Origin: Octopus sinensis
Lineage: Eukaryota
Assembly: GCF_006345805.1 (NCBI RefSeq)
Contig: NC_042999.1
Coordinates: 29,450,001-29,514,000 of the forward strand
DNA length: 64,000 nucleotides
Direction of reading: 5' to 3'
Under the pieces are notes generated by a model that was given only the letters and a program-made list of their open reading frames with translations, was not told where the DNA came from and did not search any database. The translations under genes and the position numbers were made by a program. Below, one piece after another: positions 23,170 through 36,520 of this stretch. Numbering within the stretch: position 1 is the first letter of the stretch; each line of letters starts with the position of its first letter.

Positions 23170-25850
23170 ATTAGCTAATATTCGCCGGAATTCCATAGAA
23201 AAAGGTTGCCCATTGACGCGCTTCTCCGAAAGAAACTACTGCACTTACATGCCATTTTTAATACACAAAAAATGGATGCAAATAATGATAGAAAAACACT
23301 CATCTCCTGAGGAGGTATTTCCTAGCACGACAAATTCTCACAGTGTATTACTCGACGAAATTGCCTCAAACACTGAATCACCTGAGAGTTATTAGTGTCA
23401 GTTGAAAGACATCACCGAACTTAACAATCCACAAACGAAACTTCTATGAGAATGGCTGAAGTTCCAATACACCAACCTTGGAGATCACAGCAATTTTTGC
23501 CAAATTAGCTATTCAAAGAAAAATAGATAATTAATATACAATGGTGGTGCCCCAGCATGGCCACAGCTTGAGCTGAAACTAGATGAAATAAAAAAAAAAA
23601 AATAAAGGTAAATGACGTTATAAATTCCAGCTTGAGGGAAAATGAATTTCGCTTTACTTTGCTGAATACTCTACACTATTCTACTGCTTTAAGAACGGCT
23701 ACAATGAGTTAATTTCAAATGAAGAGAAAGTTTGAATAAACAAACATTCACAGATGAGAGGCAATTAGAAATAAATTATAGTACTGATTAAAATGATTGT
23801 AAGCAAAAAAAAAGTTGTTAACGCACTAGAAGCGAAGAAGTTGACTAGAATGTGTGACAAAACAATACGTGAAATTGATGACGTAATGGAACAAATCAGG
23901 TAAAGTGTCCAAGTGAAGGCATCGTGGGTAAGGAGGCTTGAAAATTTACCACAGTAGTTTTTCAAGGCACAAAAATTTATTTCGAAAAAATAAGGTCTTA
24001 AACATTTTCTAGAAAAAAAATGCAAAACTAGTATAACTACTGAGACCTCACCTACCGAGGGGCACTCGAAAAATTTTTAGACTTAAAGGGAAAATATGGA
24101 AGCATATTTCTGTTGATCTCATGACTACAATTAAAATAGAAATCAACTGGGAAAGATGAAGTACCAGTCTTTTGGCACAATTCTGTCCCTTAAACTAAAA
24201 GGGAACTGATAACCCCCTCTTTCCTCTACGATGCCATTGTGCATGACCTCGGAAAAATCCATTACTCATTTGTTTATGGAATCACTTACTGATGAAAATA
24301 ATAATCCCAGGATTACCGATCGATTACATACCTTACAAACAGGTATAGTATTCTAACATTCATGATTACTGAATGCACTTATACCTTTCTGGTGAAGGCT
24401 TAGTGTCCAAGTTGTAAGTGACACTCCTCTAGTTGAAAAGGCTAGCTCTCGATGAATAATATGGTACTGAGAAATTGCCACAAAGAACGCACAATTATTT
24501 CTATTATGTAGATTAGGTGCAAAAATACATTTAACAATGCTGGAATGAGAAATTCATGGAAATATTGGAAAATAATGTCAAATGCTAATGCATGTTCTTA
24601 AAGAAAAAAGCACCTAAAAACTAACTAACAGACAGGAAAGGGAGTCTATCATCATCGAGGATTATATTCCAAAAACAAAAAAGATAAAAACCATTAGGTA
24701 TCTGTTAAAAGGAATGGCATCCTCCACTCACACATTGGCGAAAGTATTCGGAGGGAATGTTATCAGAGCGTTATAGCCATCCTAGACAGCGAGATTAAAG
24801 CAAGAATCTGGATTGACGCTTTGAAAGCTTTATCGGCATTAACATCATAAAATAGTCCATTCGTGAAATCAGTAAAATCAGTATAAGATACTGAAGCTTC
24901 TCACAATTTACCGCATGCATCAACGAAAGAGATATGTAAATACATTCAACCTCCGTTGAAAGACAAGTGGACGAGGAATGCACGAATAAAAGCTCCAAAA
25001 ATATGTACTCTAAATCAGAGGAAGTAACGACGTTCAGGAATTGAGGACCAAGAAAGTGATACACAGTTAGATAAAACAGATAGCAAAGTATAAAAAAAGC
25101 ACAGGCCTAATTAAATGGAATCTCAATGCCGCGAAGTACATGGAAATGTTAGCTATTGCATATCAAATACCCTACAAAGGTCAACTATCCGTATGTACAT
25201 AAAATTATGATCCAGCAGTGGTTGGCAAGAGACGGACTTCAATCAGAAACAGAGGACTTCACTAAGCAGCTCAGGATCAATGTTTGCCCACCAAAAACTA
25301 CCAAGTAAGCATTCGTAAAAACAGTGTAGTCCTTGCCTGATGGTCCTGTGATCAGCCGGTGAAGCAAATCGACCACTTCATTTCCAGTTATTCTATAGTA
25401 GCCTTAAAGCAATATATTATTTCCCAGGATAGGCTTGTCAAGGTTCGGCAACTGGTGCATTTTCCGTTTGAGAACTAGCGGGAACATCAGTGGCACCTAA
25501 GGAAAACAACTACAACTGTGTTTTGCGGAGTTTTTGTACCAAGAAACCCTAAAGTGTCAGAGCTACAAAAATTGATGTCATGAGTAATGCCCACATCCTT
25601 AGAAAAATAATGTGAATTTGAAAACATCACATACTCTTCAAACTATATAAAACCTTAAATATCACAAATTTATTAGATTCTAGCTTAATTCCAATACGTT
25701 GTATAGATGGTAATCATAAGTAACACCCACAGTGAACCATTTAGCATGTGGCATCTAGGTGAAACTTGGAACATCTGGTATAAGAGAAGAGAATAATAGC
25801 TCCATAATAATAAAAACAAAAAAACAAAATCAGCAACAGTAACAGTAATA
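23170..25850 (+). mobile_element. Old, internally deleted R4/Dong-like LINE
   Basis: VQVKASWVRRLE (pre-RT); QQWLARDGLQSETE..AAQDQCLPTKNYQ; end resembling ELQKI..NAHILRKIM*; 3' UTR similar to the 9745 family; (TAA/CAA) tail. 5' boundary uncertain. Confidence 0.65.
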
Positions 25851-25874
25851 ACCCTGTCTAATAAATGCATAAGA

Positions 25875-25990
25875 CTTGAAAGTTTGGTAGACCGGATAAG
25901 TTGATTACATCGACACCAGTGTTTCCCTGCTACTTGATTTCTCCACCACGAAAGAATGAAAGGCGAAATCGACCTCCGCTGAATCTATCA
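25875..25990 (-). mobile_element. Decayed SINE fragment related to the 20680/54456 family
   Basis: GATTACATCGACACCAGT..GAATGAAAGGCGAAATCGACCTC is the reverse complement of the SINE central domain. Confidence 0.65.
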
Positions 25991-25991
25991 T

Positions 25992-26900
25992 TGGGATTTA
26001 CTGAATCCACGACAACCTTGGGAGAACCACAAGGACAGCTTATCTGATGACATCCTTCATGTAGCTCGACGGTTGCATGGGCCAAGTTTCTTCTACTCGG
26101 ATTATATACACCGAAGCATTACGGCATTTAGAAGACATACTTAATTCCATTGGGTGCAGAAGCTTATCCGACTACGGCATTCCAACACCTTCAGTTGAAC
26201 ATTACAGACTTTCAAGAAAAGTCATTCGAGAAAGAGCATACGACTTCGATGCCTTGAAAAGGCATCGAAGTCGTAGCTGAGCAAAGGTCTGTTTACTATG
26301 AAATTGTAGTGCCCACCTTGCAAGGAGAAGGTCGTCATTTTTTTTCATTTATGCACCAGGAGGACGGGGAAATCGTTTCTACTCAACCTACTTTTGGCAA
26401 AAATAAGGCAAATCGGAAACTTAGCGATTGCAGTCGCATGATCACGGATAGCGGAAACTTTGTTTACAGTTGCACGAACAGCTCCCCTCGATGTTGAAAT
26501 TACTGTTCAATTTGACTTCAGCGGACGCCCAGATGTACAATACTTCAAATCGATCACGAACGGCAGACGTTCTGCTCCAAACTACACTTATTGTCTGACG
26601 TTGAATGCACGATGCCACAACATGGTGCACTAGAAGCCCTAGATAGGTTACTCAGGGATATTAGAAACAACACTGCCATTATAGGGGGTGGCTAAGCTGT
26701 TGTTAGTGCTGAGGTTTTCCATCAAATATAACCAGTCATACCATGCCAGCTGATGAGATCTATGCATGTCTCAGGTCTTCAGGTCTGTTGAGATTTGCTC
26801 ACCAGCTTTTATTAATCAACTATATGCGAACTCATCTCTACAACAAACCCTCAGCTAAAGAATTCAGTCATCAACTTCTATAAATTGGAAATTGCTAGTC
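25992..26900 (+). pseudogene. Helitron RepHel fragment, PIF1-family helicase region
   Basis: LNPRQPWENHKDSLSDDIL; IYTEALRHLEDIL..LSDYGIPTP; Walker A-like YAPGGRGKSFLLNLLLAKIR..AIAVA; LLRDIRNN; PADEIYACLRSS..HQL..MRTHL..FSHQLL*IGN; frameshifted. Confidence 0.88.
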
Positions 26901-27043
26901 TATTATATAGAATAGACTTGTTTTTGTGCGTATTAATTTTTCACGCAAACAGGGCTTCACGATTTGTTTCCATACTTGCGATGAATGTCTAATTTGACCT
27001 CGGATACATAATAGTTCTTTATTTTCTTTTTTTTTATTTATAA

Positions 27044-27437
27044 CTAGCAGTATCACCCGGTGTTGCTCGGGTTTGTAAGTGAAATAACTGTATAAGCATT
27101 TTTAGAGATGTAAAGTATAATAGCCATCTCAATATGGCTAACCACAAAGGTGGGGTGTTACTGTAGCTTTTTACGTTCTGAGATTTAATAATACATTTTA
27201 GAGAGTTACTTCCCTTATATATGTCAAAAGTGCATTAAAAATGGGAAAAATTGAGGGTAATTTTTTTTTAAATCGTAGATTCATCGTAGACGCGCGCTAA
27301 TTACCCAGAAGGCTCGATATGAATCACGACTATAAGATACCCAGTTTTGGTTAAACTGCACCGCAAAATGTGAGAGTAGTTAGGAATCTAAATCGTAGGA
27401 GACAGACAGCACACGACCTTACTTTTATATATAAAGA
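27044..27437 (-). mobile_element. Non-autonomous Helitron, copy 2 (intact termini)
   Basis: Minus strand A|TC...CTAG|T insertion signature, subterminal hairpin, no TSD. Confidence 0.9.
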
Positions 27438-28724
27438 TAAATAATATTGCTGTATATATATGATTCACTTCTTTAAAAAGGGTTTTTCCGGTATTGACCT
27501 AGCAACTGTCTAAACAATATTAATTCGTTGCAGGCGAAATTTTCCGTTTTCATTTGGAAGGAATCTTATTCTCTATTTTAATATTTTCATTTCAAGTTTT
27601 CATTCGTTAATTGCAACCAACAACGTTTAATTGCTGAATGAAATATTTATTAAGAAAGTGAGATTTTTTTCTAAATTCAAATTTTCAAGAAATTTTAGTT
27701 TCTGAAATTTCTTTTATTATTGAATATTTCAAGTTCACAAATTCAAATATTGGGCCCAAGATAGCTTTTAAAGAGGTTTTATTTATACGACATTTTTCAT
27801 TTCATGATTATTTCATTTATTGTTTGCAAAGTTTCTCTACCCACTTTGTATGTTTGCCTGTCTGTTTGTCTCTCTTCCTCTCTATCTCTTTCTCTCTCTC
27901 TCAAACACACACAAACACACACACACACACCCATACATACACACACATGCACTCCATGCTGGATTTTGTTAATACACAAATATCACATTAGAATTTTGCA
28001 ATTCAACATAGGGCTTCCCCCAAAATATGGGCATTGTTTTCCTTGAACTTGCACATTTCGTTAATTTCCGTAATATTTATTTATTTATTTGCTTGTTGCG
28101 CGCCGTGTTCAGCTCTATGCATTTGTAGTCAGTGACACACACACACACACGCACGCAAATATACGTGTAGTTTTCTATGTACGTTTGTATGCATTTGAAA
28201 GAGTGTGAGTGAAAGGATATATTTTCATATATACTCACATACCTAAATGCATATGCATACATCTATTTTGCATGTATGTGTGAGTGTATTTGAGAGAGAG
28301 AGAGAGACACATACACACTACCCCCCACACACACAAGCACTCATACATAAAAAAAGGATTATGAATATTTATGTATGAACGTATATATCATAACATACTC
28401 CTTCACTCATTCTCTCTCTTACACCTCCCCGCAAACGTCCATTTCATATGCGCGTCCATACATCGTTCGCTTTCGTCTTTCTTCAAAATTAAATAAATAA
28501 AATATGCAGCATTTAACGAACAAAACTGATATTCATTTTGACATTTTTACAGTTTCAACCGAAGGAATGACAAAATATGAAACTGAAAAAGGACATTCAG
28601 CACGAAAGGTACGAAGGCAGGCAATATCATAATAAAACTTTGGAATTGGGAATCAGATATGAAAATATCAAGTGGTAAGCAGAAAACAGATAGCAGGGCG
28701 TTCTTTCTGGTATTACTTAATACA

Positions 28725-29645
28725 ATTAATTTATTTACCTACGTTTTAACACTATCACCTTCGAGATACTCACCCTGTACAGCAATACACTGGTCCCAGC
28801 ATTCAGGCCAGTATTGGAATCCGACCTGCAAGGCGTTTTCCGTTAGCGTGTCGAGGACTTTCGACCATTCGGTCGGGATCTCAACAACGGTGTTAAAATA
28901 GCAGCCTTTGAGCTGCATTTTCATCACGGAGAAGATAAGGATATCCGCAGATTCTAAAACTTGTGAATAAGGCGTGTGTGGAAGCGATACCATATTAGTT
29001 TTATTAGTTTTGGCGAGAGACTCACATGTGAGGAGCGCTCAGTGTCAAGGTACGTAGGCTTCCTGAAGAAGCCAGATTTTCACGCTCCAAAGATCCGGTT
29101 GCTGTTGCCGAATGTCCTTCCTCAGAGATGTCAAAACTTTGCAGTAGAACTCTCAATTGATGGTCTGGTCCTGCCGGACGAATGCTGATTGCTGAATACA
29201 GCATTTCGGGGACTGACGCTCATGACAATTCTTCCAGATCCGTCATCTTCTTCGAGGAATGTTCTTCAAATTATAATGCCTTCGACCCATTGTCTCGTTA
29301 CGGTACCCTTACCGAAGCATGCTTAATGTCTGGCTCCTTGTCTCTGTCCATTATAAAATCGCAAACTACATCATACACGTGATCGCAAAACCACAACTTG
29401 CGAATTTCACAACTTGCGAAATAATCAGAAATATCTCTCGGCAAACTACCTAATGAATGTCACTGCTAGCTCTCACAGCGGACACAGCTGTGTGTCACCA
29501 TTAGATGGTGTGTTACAGAACCGGTCTGGGAACTTTTCAATACCACCTAGTTGTATGATAATGCAGGGGTGTATGAACTGCTGTTTTTGTGCTTCGGGAT
29601 CAGCGCTTAGTTTTACAAATGTGAGATGTTTGTTATTTTGATTCT
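28725..29645 (-). pseudogene. Decayed mariner transposase
   Basis: LPHTPYSQVLESADILIFSVMKMQLKG..FQYWPECWDQCIAVQGEYLEGDSVKT* plus upstream frameshifted mariner blocks; TIRs not resolved. Confidence 0.88.
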
Positions 29646-30789
29646 GATGAAATACTAAATAGGCAGGTCTAGATAACCTCGAATTATATGTGGTGATTAT
29701 ATCCCTGTGCTATGGGATCATATGATACCCTGGGTGGAAGAGAAGGTGCAATGATGCACGATGATGAATACATTCTGGAGATGGCATCAAGTGTCATGTG
29801 TCTAAGTTGTATGCGGATAAGAATATATTAAAGTAGGGAGGGCGTTATCACACCTCCGGTGGAGAGTGTGATTTATGTATGAAAGAGAAAATTAAGGTTG
29901 GAGATACTCATTAATTTGTATGATAACACCTTAAATAGATTACGTGCTTTAGATCTCCATCAGAATTCACTACTGTAGCAAGATAAAGCATTTCGTTGTT
30001 ACAATACAACAAAACCGGTATATCAGGTATTTGAGAAATTTGAATTGAAGCCTCTTGCTCAATATTATTTCTCAAGGGTCACAAATTATTTCATGAAAAT
30101 TGAAAACAACAAGATGGAAATTAGGGGGTGCAAATATGCATAGTTGTTACTTCTGTATAAAGAAAAAAAACTGGAAAAATATGAATTTGGACAAAATACG
30201 AGCAATAATTATCAGTGCACCCCTATTGGTTAGTTATATATAAGTTCTGATTTTCGGTAAGATTACTGCTTATAAATTTCATGAAAGAAGTTGTCTGCAA
30301 TGGAAAAATTTAATGAGAACAAGCTAAGCATTTTGCTATTCTGGTACATACCAATAGGAGTACTACATAAAGTGGCATTATATAAAAGGGTTCTGATGCT
30401 CTCAATTTTACTCACATTGAGGTAGCTTGAAAATTTCTTCATTGCTATTTTAATCCCAACGCGAAGTGGTAAAAATCTGTTTATACTCAATCGTAGGAAA
30501 TGCCTAAACATTTTAGCGTGAATTCCAGGTTTGAGCAAGGAACTGAAATTTATAGCAATGGCAAAAAGCGGAAATCCTTTCGCATGGCTATTTGCAAGAC
30601 GTGGGCGATATTAAGTAGGAACGAATTCCATAGATTAATGGGAAACTCAGGAACACACAATTGTTTACAGAACATAGTTTTGTTCAGTAATTTTGGTATA
30701 CTTTTACATTTTAATTGTTTCAGCTATAACACTGCGGTCATGGGGTGGGGTGTATAGTGGACGCATTGAAAGATTTCAGTGGAACGAAT

Positions 30790-30930
30790 TTACCCCTGCA
30801 CCTGTTTTCATTAAAGCCTGGTACTTATCCTATCACTAAGTTTTTGCCTAACGTGTAAGTTAAGTAGATGTAACGATACCAATACCTGTTGTGAATCTGT
30901 GATGTGGAATAAAACTTACACACAGACACT

Positions 30931-30960
<30 letters not shown>
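30790..30960 (-). mobile_element. Decayed 3' half of the microsatellite-containing SINE (family of 52646 and 63451)
   Basis: Reverse complement resembles ..CGCTTGACAACC.GTGTT..ACGT..AACTTAGCGGTTCGGCAAAA..GATAGAATAAGTAC. Confidence 0.55.
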
Positions 30961-31011
<51 letters not shown>

Positions 31012-31056
31012 CTATACATATACATATATACCTATACATATACATATATACATATA

Positions 31057-31122
<66 letters not shown>

Positions 31123-31123
<1 letters not shown>

Positions 31124-31336
31124 GGTATTATTAAAATACCATCACAGGTGGTAAGCGAATTATTAGCCGTACATGCAAATTAACAAAATATATATGAGCG
31201 ATATAGGTACACATTTAGTACCCTTACGTATATATGTACATATCTAACATTGTATGCATATATTTTGTTAATTATATTATATATATATATATATACGCAC
31301 ACACACAGGCACACACACACACACACACACACACAC

Positions 31337-31374
<38 letters not shown>

Positions 31375-31544
31375 CCTATACATGTATATATATATATATA
31401 AATATAGGGATGGTATTATTAAAATACAATCACAAGTGGTAAGCGAATTATTAGCCATACAGGCAAATTAACAAAATATATATGAACGATATAGATACTC
31501 ATTTAGTACCCTTATGTATTTATGTACATATCTAACATTGTATG

Positions 31545-31548
<4 letters not shown>
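31123..31548. repeat. Tandem duplication of a ~137-bp unique segment plus microsatellite (period 288 bp)
   Basis: TGGTATTATTAAAATAC..CTAACATTGTATG at 31123-31260 and 31411-31548. Confidence 0.92.
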
Positions 31549-31581
<33 letters not shown>

Positions 31582-31608
31582 ATGTGTGTGTATGAGTGTG
31601 TGTGTGTG

Positions 31609-31763
31609 TGAATGGCTTCTCTCAGTTTCCATCCACCTAATCCACTCACAAGTCTTTAGTCGACCCGAACCAAGAGTAGAAGGACCATTGCCTAAGGTGC
31701 CACCCTGTCGGACTGTACCTGGAACCATGCGGTTGTGAAGCAAACTTCTTACCATATCGCCAC
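31609..31763 (-). mobile_element. 5' half of the microsatellite-containing tRNA-derived SINE
   Basis: Reverse complement matches the head of 63451-63600. Confidence 0.75.
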
Positions 31764-32429
31764 TTAGGTTACTATTGTCTTCAGAATATTTATTTGAAAA
31801 CGATATTTGCTACAACGGCATTGATTATTTTAAATATGGCTTTATACATGCAGAAAAGTTTTTAAAATATGATTACTACGAAACTATGTATTGCTGTTCA
31901 TTTTCAGTCTTTAAAAATTGTCATACCATGAACAATATCAAGATATACAAGATTCTGTGTTTGTATCGTTTCTTACGTAAAAAAATAAGATGAGTTAATC
32001 ATGATTGACTGCTATTAGAGTTCACGAATTAATGATCAGTGATATAAAAAAATCATAAAGACTTGTTTTAATGTTTCTTTTATCTAATTTCGATTACATA
32101 AAATAACAGTTCTTACATTTTGTCACCAACTATACTATACTTCTAACTATATTACATTTGAAGCATTAATTCTGGGTTAATGACCACACCTCTCTTTAAA
32201 GAGTTAAAAACATTAGATTATGCGGATTTATATATTTTCGTGGGAAGAGATTAAACTCAACTAATATTTTTGCAATGTTTCTTTATGCAGGTAGAATCAA
32301 CATAACTCTTTTATTTCGCCATGATTTTGGACTAGTTTACAGTTTTACAATGCACGAAATAAACATAGGTATTTCTCCACCCCTTTTACAATTCTCATAG
32401 TCCTTTCCAAGGGATGGCTGGGACAAATT

Positions 32430-32600
32430 AAAGCACCACGCTTGACAACTGATGATGGTGTATATACGACCCCGTAACTTAACGCTTTGACCAAGGGGGT
32501 TAGTAGAAGAAGCACTAGAAATATTAGTAGTGGAGTTAATTTGTTTGGCTAAAGTTCCTCTAATCAGAGCCCAAGCCCATGATTGAAACAATTAACGATA
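32430..32600 (+). mobile_element. Decayed SINE 3' half
   Basis: CACGCTTGACAACTGATGATGGTG..CCCCGTAACTTAACGC matches the 52850/63720 region. Confidence 0.55.
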
Positions 32601-35095
32601 AAAGAAAACATTTCTTCTTTTGTAACACATCATACATAACTATATAGTAAATATGTATGTTTTCAGAATTCCGTAACTGATATTCACATTCTGAACTGTT
32701 GGCTTTCGCTGAGACCAAATTTGATTTTCATTACCCAAGTGAAATGTAGAGTTTAACGTACATGATTATATACCGCACTCACAATTGAAGAATTGTACTT
32801 TCTGAATGGATATCGCTTTATATTTATTAAATTTATCATATTACGGATGAGTGAGTTTTCACTAATGAACTTACATTAGTAGTTATGGAGGGTATCTATG
32901 AGATAATTTACTATTTAATTTATTATACAAGAGATTAGGCTTCATGAAAAAACAAAGCATTCGATAACGAAGATAGAAAGAAAGCGCAACATTACAGAAA
33001 GGTTACATTTTCGAGTCGCTGTCAATGAGGAAAATTTTTGTGAAAAGCCGTCCATAAAATGATTTTTAAGAAGAAATCTGTACAAAAAATTGGTAAGGAT
33101 TCTTGTCAAGAAGAAAAAGTTAGAAACTTTGTAAGTAGATAAGAGTGTTTGGAAATGTGTGATTGTTCCTATTTAAAGCCAGAAACATACACGCACTATC
33201 ATATATATATATATACATATGAACACATACACATGAGCTCGTATACACGAATCCACAGAGATATACATGTATGCATAAATACACATATATATACAGACCC
33301 ATATATGCATATATGTGTATGTATGTATATAATATAGAGTAATAGCTGCGTGTGGGTGCATGTATGTACTTACATACTGTTAAGAAAACAAAGATCAATG
33401 TGTAAATCGATCGAAGCTAGTTTCTATCAGTCTCATTACTGGTAGATTCACTGCTAAGTTTTCTATAAATCCACTCATATATACGAAGGCAAATTACTTA
33501 CATTCGTAAACATTGTTTTGTACCACCAAATTACATGAGCAGTAAATGGAGAAAACGAAATGGAAAAAAATTACTTAAATATATAAAACAGACACAGGGC
33601 AGCTAATTCCCGTAGAAATCTCGCTTGCAAATGCTACTGGTGTTTAATAATGTTAAGTGAAACACTTTCCTGTCGATGTCCAATATAAAGGTCTTGCATT
33701 TCGTAGATTTAACGCTCTTTCGAAGCTAGAATTAAATTCCCCACAAGAGCTTCTGCAAGGTGGTTGCAGCAATATATAGTATTGTCAAGTTATATTTAAC
33801 GTAGAGCACAGTGAGTGCGATAAAATGAAACAGAAAAGAATAGTGAGTAAGGAGACGTAAGGCAGCATGGAATGTTATTGAGTATGAAGATTGCTATATT
33901 CTGAAAGTAACAATAAAGTATATGGTCTTAACAAACGGCTTCCGTTCAGCATTGCTACATTTCCAATGACAGGACGTAGTTTGATTTGATAAATTCATTG
34001 TTAAGTAAAAAGCAGCTTTTAAACTGAACTACTTTCTTTTGCTAGGATGAATATGTGCCTAAAACACACACACGCACATACAAACGCATGCACTAACACG
34101 CACACAAACAGTCACACACACAAATGCATACATACACACGCACGCACTCACATCACACACACACGCGCGAGTGCACAAACAAACACACACAATGTCACAC
34201 ACAAACGTAGTTACAAGCGTAAATGAACAAATATACACGCAAGCACACACATGGAAAGAAGGAAAAAGGGAAAGAGGGAGACATAGTGTGAAAACAAGAC
34301 GGAGATATAGATTCAAGAAAGGAGGGAGAGATTGATCGATATATATTTGGGTTACGCTAGGAATTTGTAAACAATAGACCATCTAAAAAATTGCTACGCC
34401 GAAAGCAATATATTTTCGATTTCTCATTTCTCTTTTAGACATATCTATAGAAACAAAACCTCAGATTCTAATCGACCAAAGGAAACGTAAATATGCGCCA
34501 TGTTTCTTGCTTTGGACAAGTTCAAATGTGTCTCGGAGATTGATAGATTTTCAAAGATGACTTGATCCTTCGTCTGAAGTATTCGTAAATTATTCGAATG
34601 ACCGGACGGGTACATTTTTCTCTGTGGCTAAGTTTGGATATTTTCTGTGGAAGCATATTGCCGTTGCGGTTGTGTTTGTATAATGGGTCCAAGTCATGAT
34701 CATGGACGAAAAAAGGACGTCATTGAGGTCCATCACAAGGTAGCTCGATATGAAGTTTGCTATCATACGTATGATGCTGCTGGATGAGTAGAAACCAAAA
34801 AGGCATAACGAGAAAGCAGTACTTGTGCGGGAAAAATGGAGGGAAAATAGCAGCTAGCATCCATCTACAAAACGCGAAACCCATGAGTGTGTTCCATCTC
34901 CGACGTCTCTACTTGTATACGTCTCCTTGTTATTATGTGACTTAGTAGAAAATGGGTTCATGGATATGAGTGTTTTGACGCTGTTTGTGTATGTCTGAGC
35001 AATTTCGTTCATAGAGCATGGCTAAAATTGATGTTAAACTGGTTACATATTTGCATATCTACTATGTAGATTCATATATATATTGCAACGGCAAT

Positions 35096-35411
35096 GGAGG
35101 CGCAATGGCCCAATGGTTAGGGTAGCGGACTCGCGGTTGTAGGGTCGCGGTTTCGATTCCCAGACCGGGCGTTGTGAGTCTTTATTGAGCGAAAACACCT
35201 AAAGCTCCACGAGGTTCCGGCAGGGTGTGGTGGTGACCCTGCCGTACTCTTTCGCCACAACTTCCTCTCACTCTTTCTTCTGGGGCTGTTGGCCTACTCG
35301 CTTAGCCAGCAGGGTGGCGTTATTTGAAGGCGAAATAAATGCGAAGCGCATTGTGACCAGCGATGTGTAGCAACATCTGATAGTCTGGTCGGTCACGGTG
35401 ATCACGGTGAT
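35096..35411 (+). mobile_element. tRNA-derived SINE (second family)
   Basis: A box TGGCCCAATGG, B box GGTTTCGATTCC; (CACGGTGAT) tail; homologous to 43523-43805. Confidence 0.9.
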
Positions 35412-35702
35412 ATATTTATATATATATATGTGTGTGTGTGTTTATGTGTGTGTGTGTGTAATGGCGCATGTAAAAACCCGTCGCTTGTTGCTAAACAAAC
35501 ATCAAAGGAAAACGGGGATAAAGCTACATATTCATATCCCTCTTTATTTGTTCTCTACTTATTATTTCTTTACCTTTTCTCTTCCTAGGGTCTGCCTTTG
35601 ACGTCCGATCTACTAATTGCTTTTTTTTAAATACTTACTAGCGTTCTGTTTATCATTTATGCAGTCATCAAAATTGTTATAAAGTCTTGTCGATGAGATA
35701 GG

Positions 35703-35801
35703 TTCTCTTTCTCTCCTGATGAGAAGATTACGTTATTTTACACCGTTTATTCCTTTGGAATAAAACCAATGCTGTCTTCGAAACATATGTCGAAAGTAAA
35801 A
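35703..35801 (+). ncRNA. Type I minimal hammerhead-ribozyme-like fold in a probable Penelope-type terminal-repeat remnant (~35460-35830)
   Basis: CTGATGA 35716-35722; stem II GAAGA/TCTTC; GAAA 35780-35783; palindromic stem III CATATG; GTC triplet 35789-35791; imperfect stem I. Confidence 0.75.
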
Positions 35802-35879
35802 ACGCATCAGCGTTTAACTCCATTTATTTACTTATATATATACATATATATATAAATATATATATATGTATGTATATAC

Positions 35880-35956
<77 letters not shown>

Positions 35957-35958
35957 TG

Positions 35959-36036
<78 letters not shown>

Positions 36037-36120
36037 ATTTGATTGAAAGCCACACATCCATATAGAACTAAATTTATCTACCTATCTGTTTCTCTCTCTC
36101 TCGCTCTCTCTGTCTCTGTC

Positions 36121-36201
<81 letters not shown>

Positions 36202-36282
36202 TTATATAGACACACACACATATACATATACAGAGCCACCAACGCACACACACTCACATATATACTTTTATTTTTTCATCCT

Positions 36283-36520
36283 TTTACTTTTATTCAGTCA
36301 TTTGATTGCAGCCATGCTAGAGCACTGCCTTAAAAGGGTTTTAGTTGAAGGAACCGACTCCTGCATTTATTCTTTGTAAGTCTATAACTTATTTCATAGA
36401 TCAGATTTGCGAACTGCTAATTTACGGAAACGAGAAAACCACCGGCTTCCTTCAGTTTCCGTCAATCAAATCCACTCAGAAATATTTGTTCGGCCAGACG
36501 CTATAGTAGAAGACACATAA
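36283..36520 (-). mobile_element. Internally deleted copy of the microsatellite-containing SINE
   Basis: Reverse complement of the tail (CAGCATGGC..CAGTCAAATGACTGAA..TAAAAG) joined to the head half. Confidence 0.75.

Noticed and set aside
30121-30226. AGGGGTGCA/TGCACCCCT inverted pair as a Tc1 MITE
   Set aside because: Only about 9 bp match and no TA TSD.
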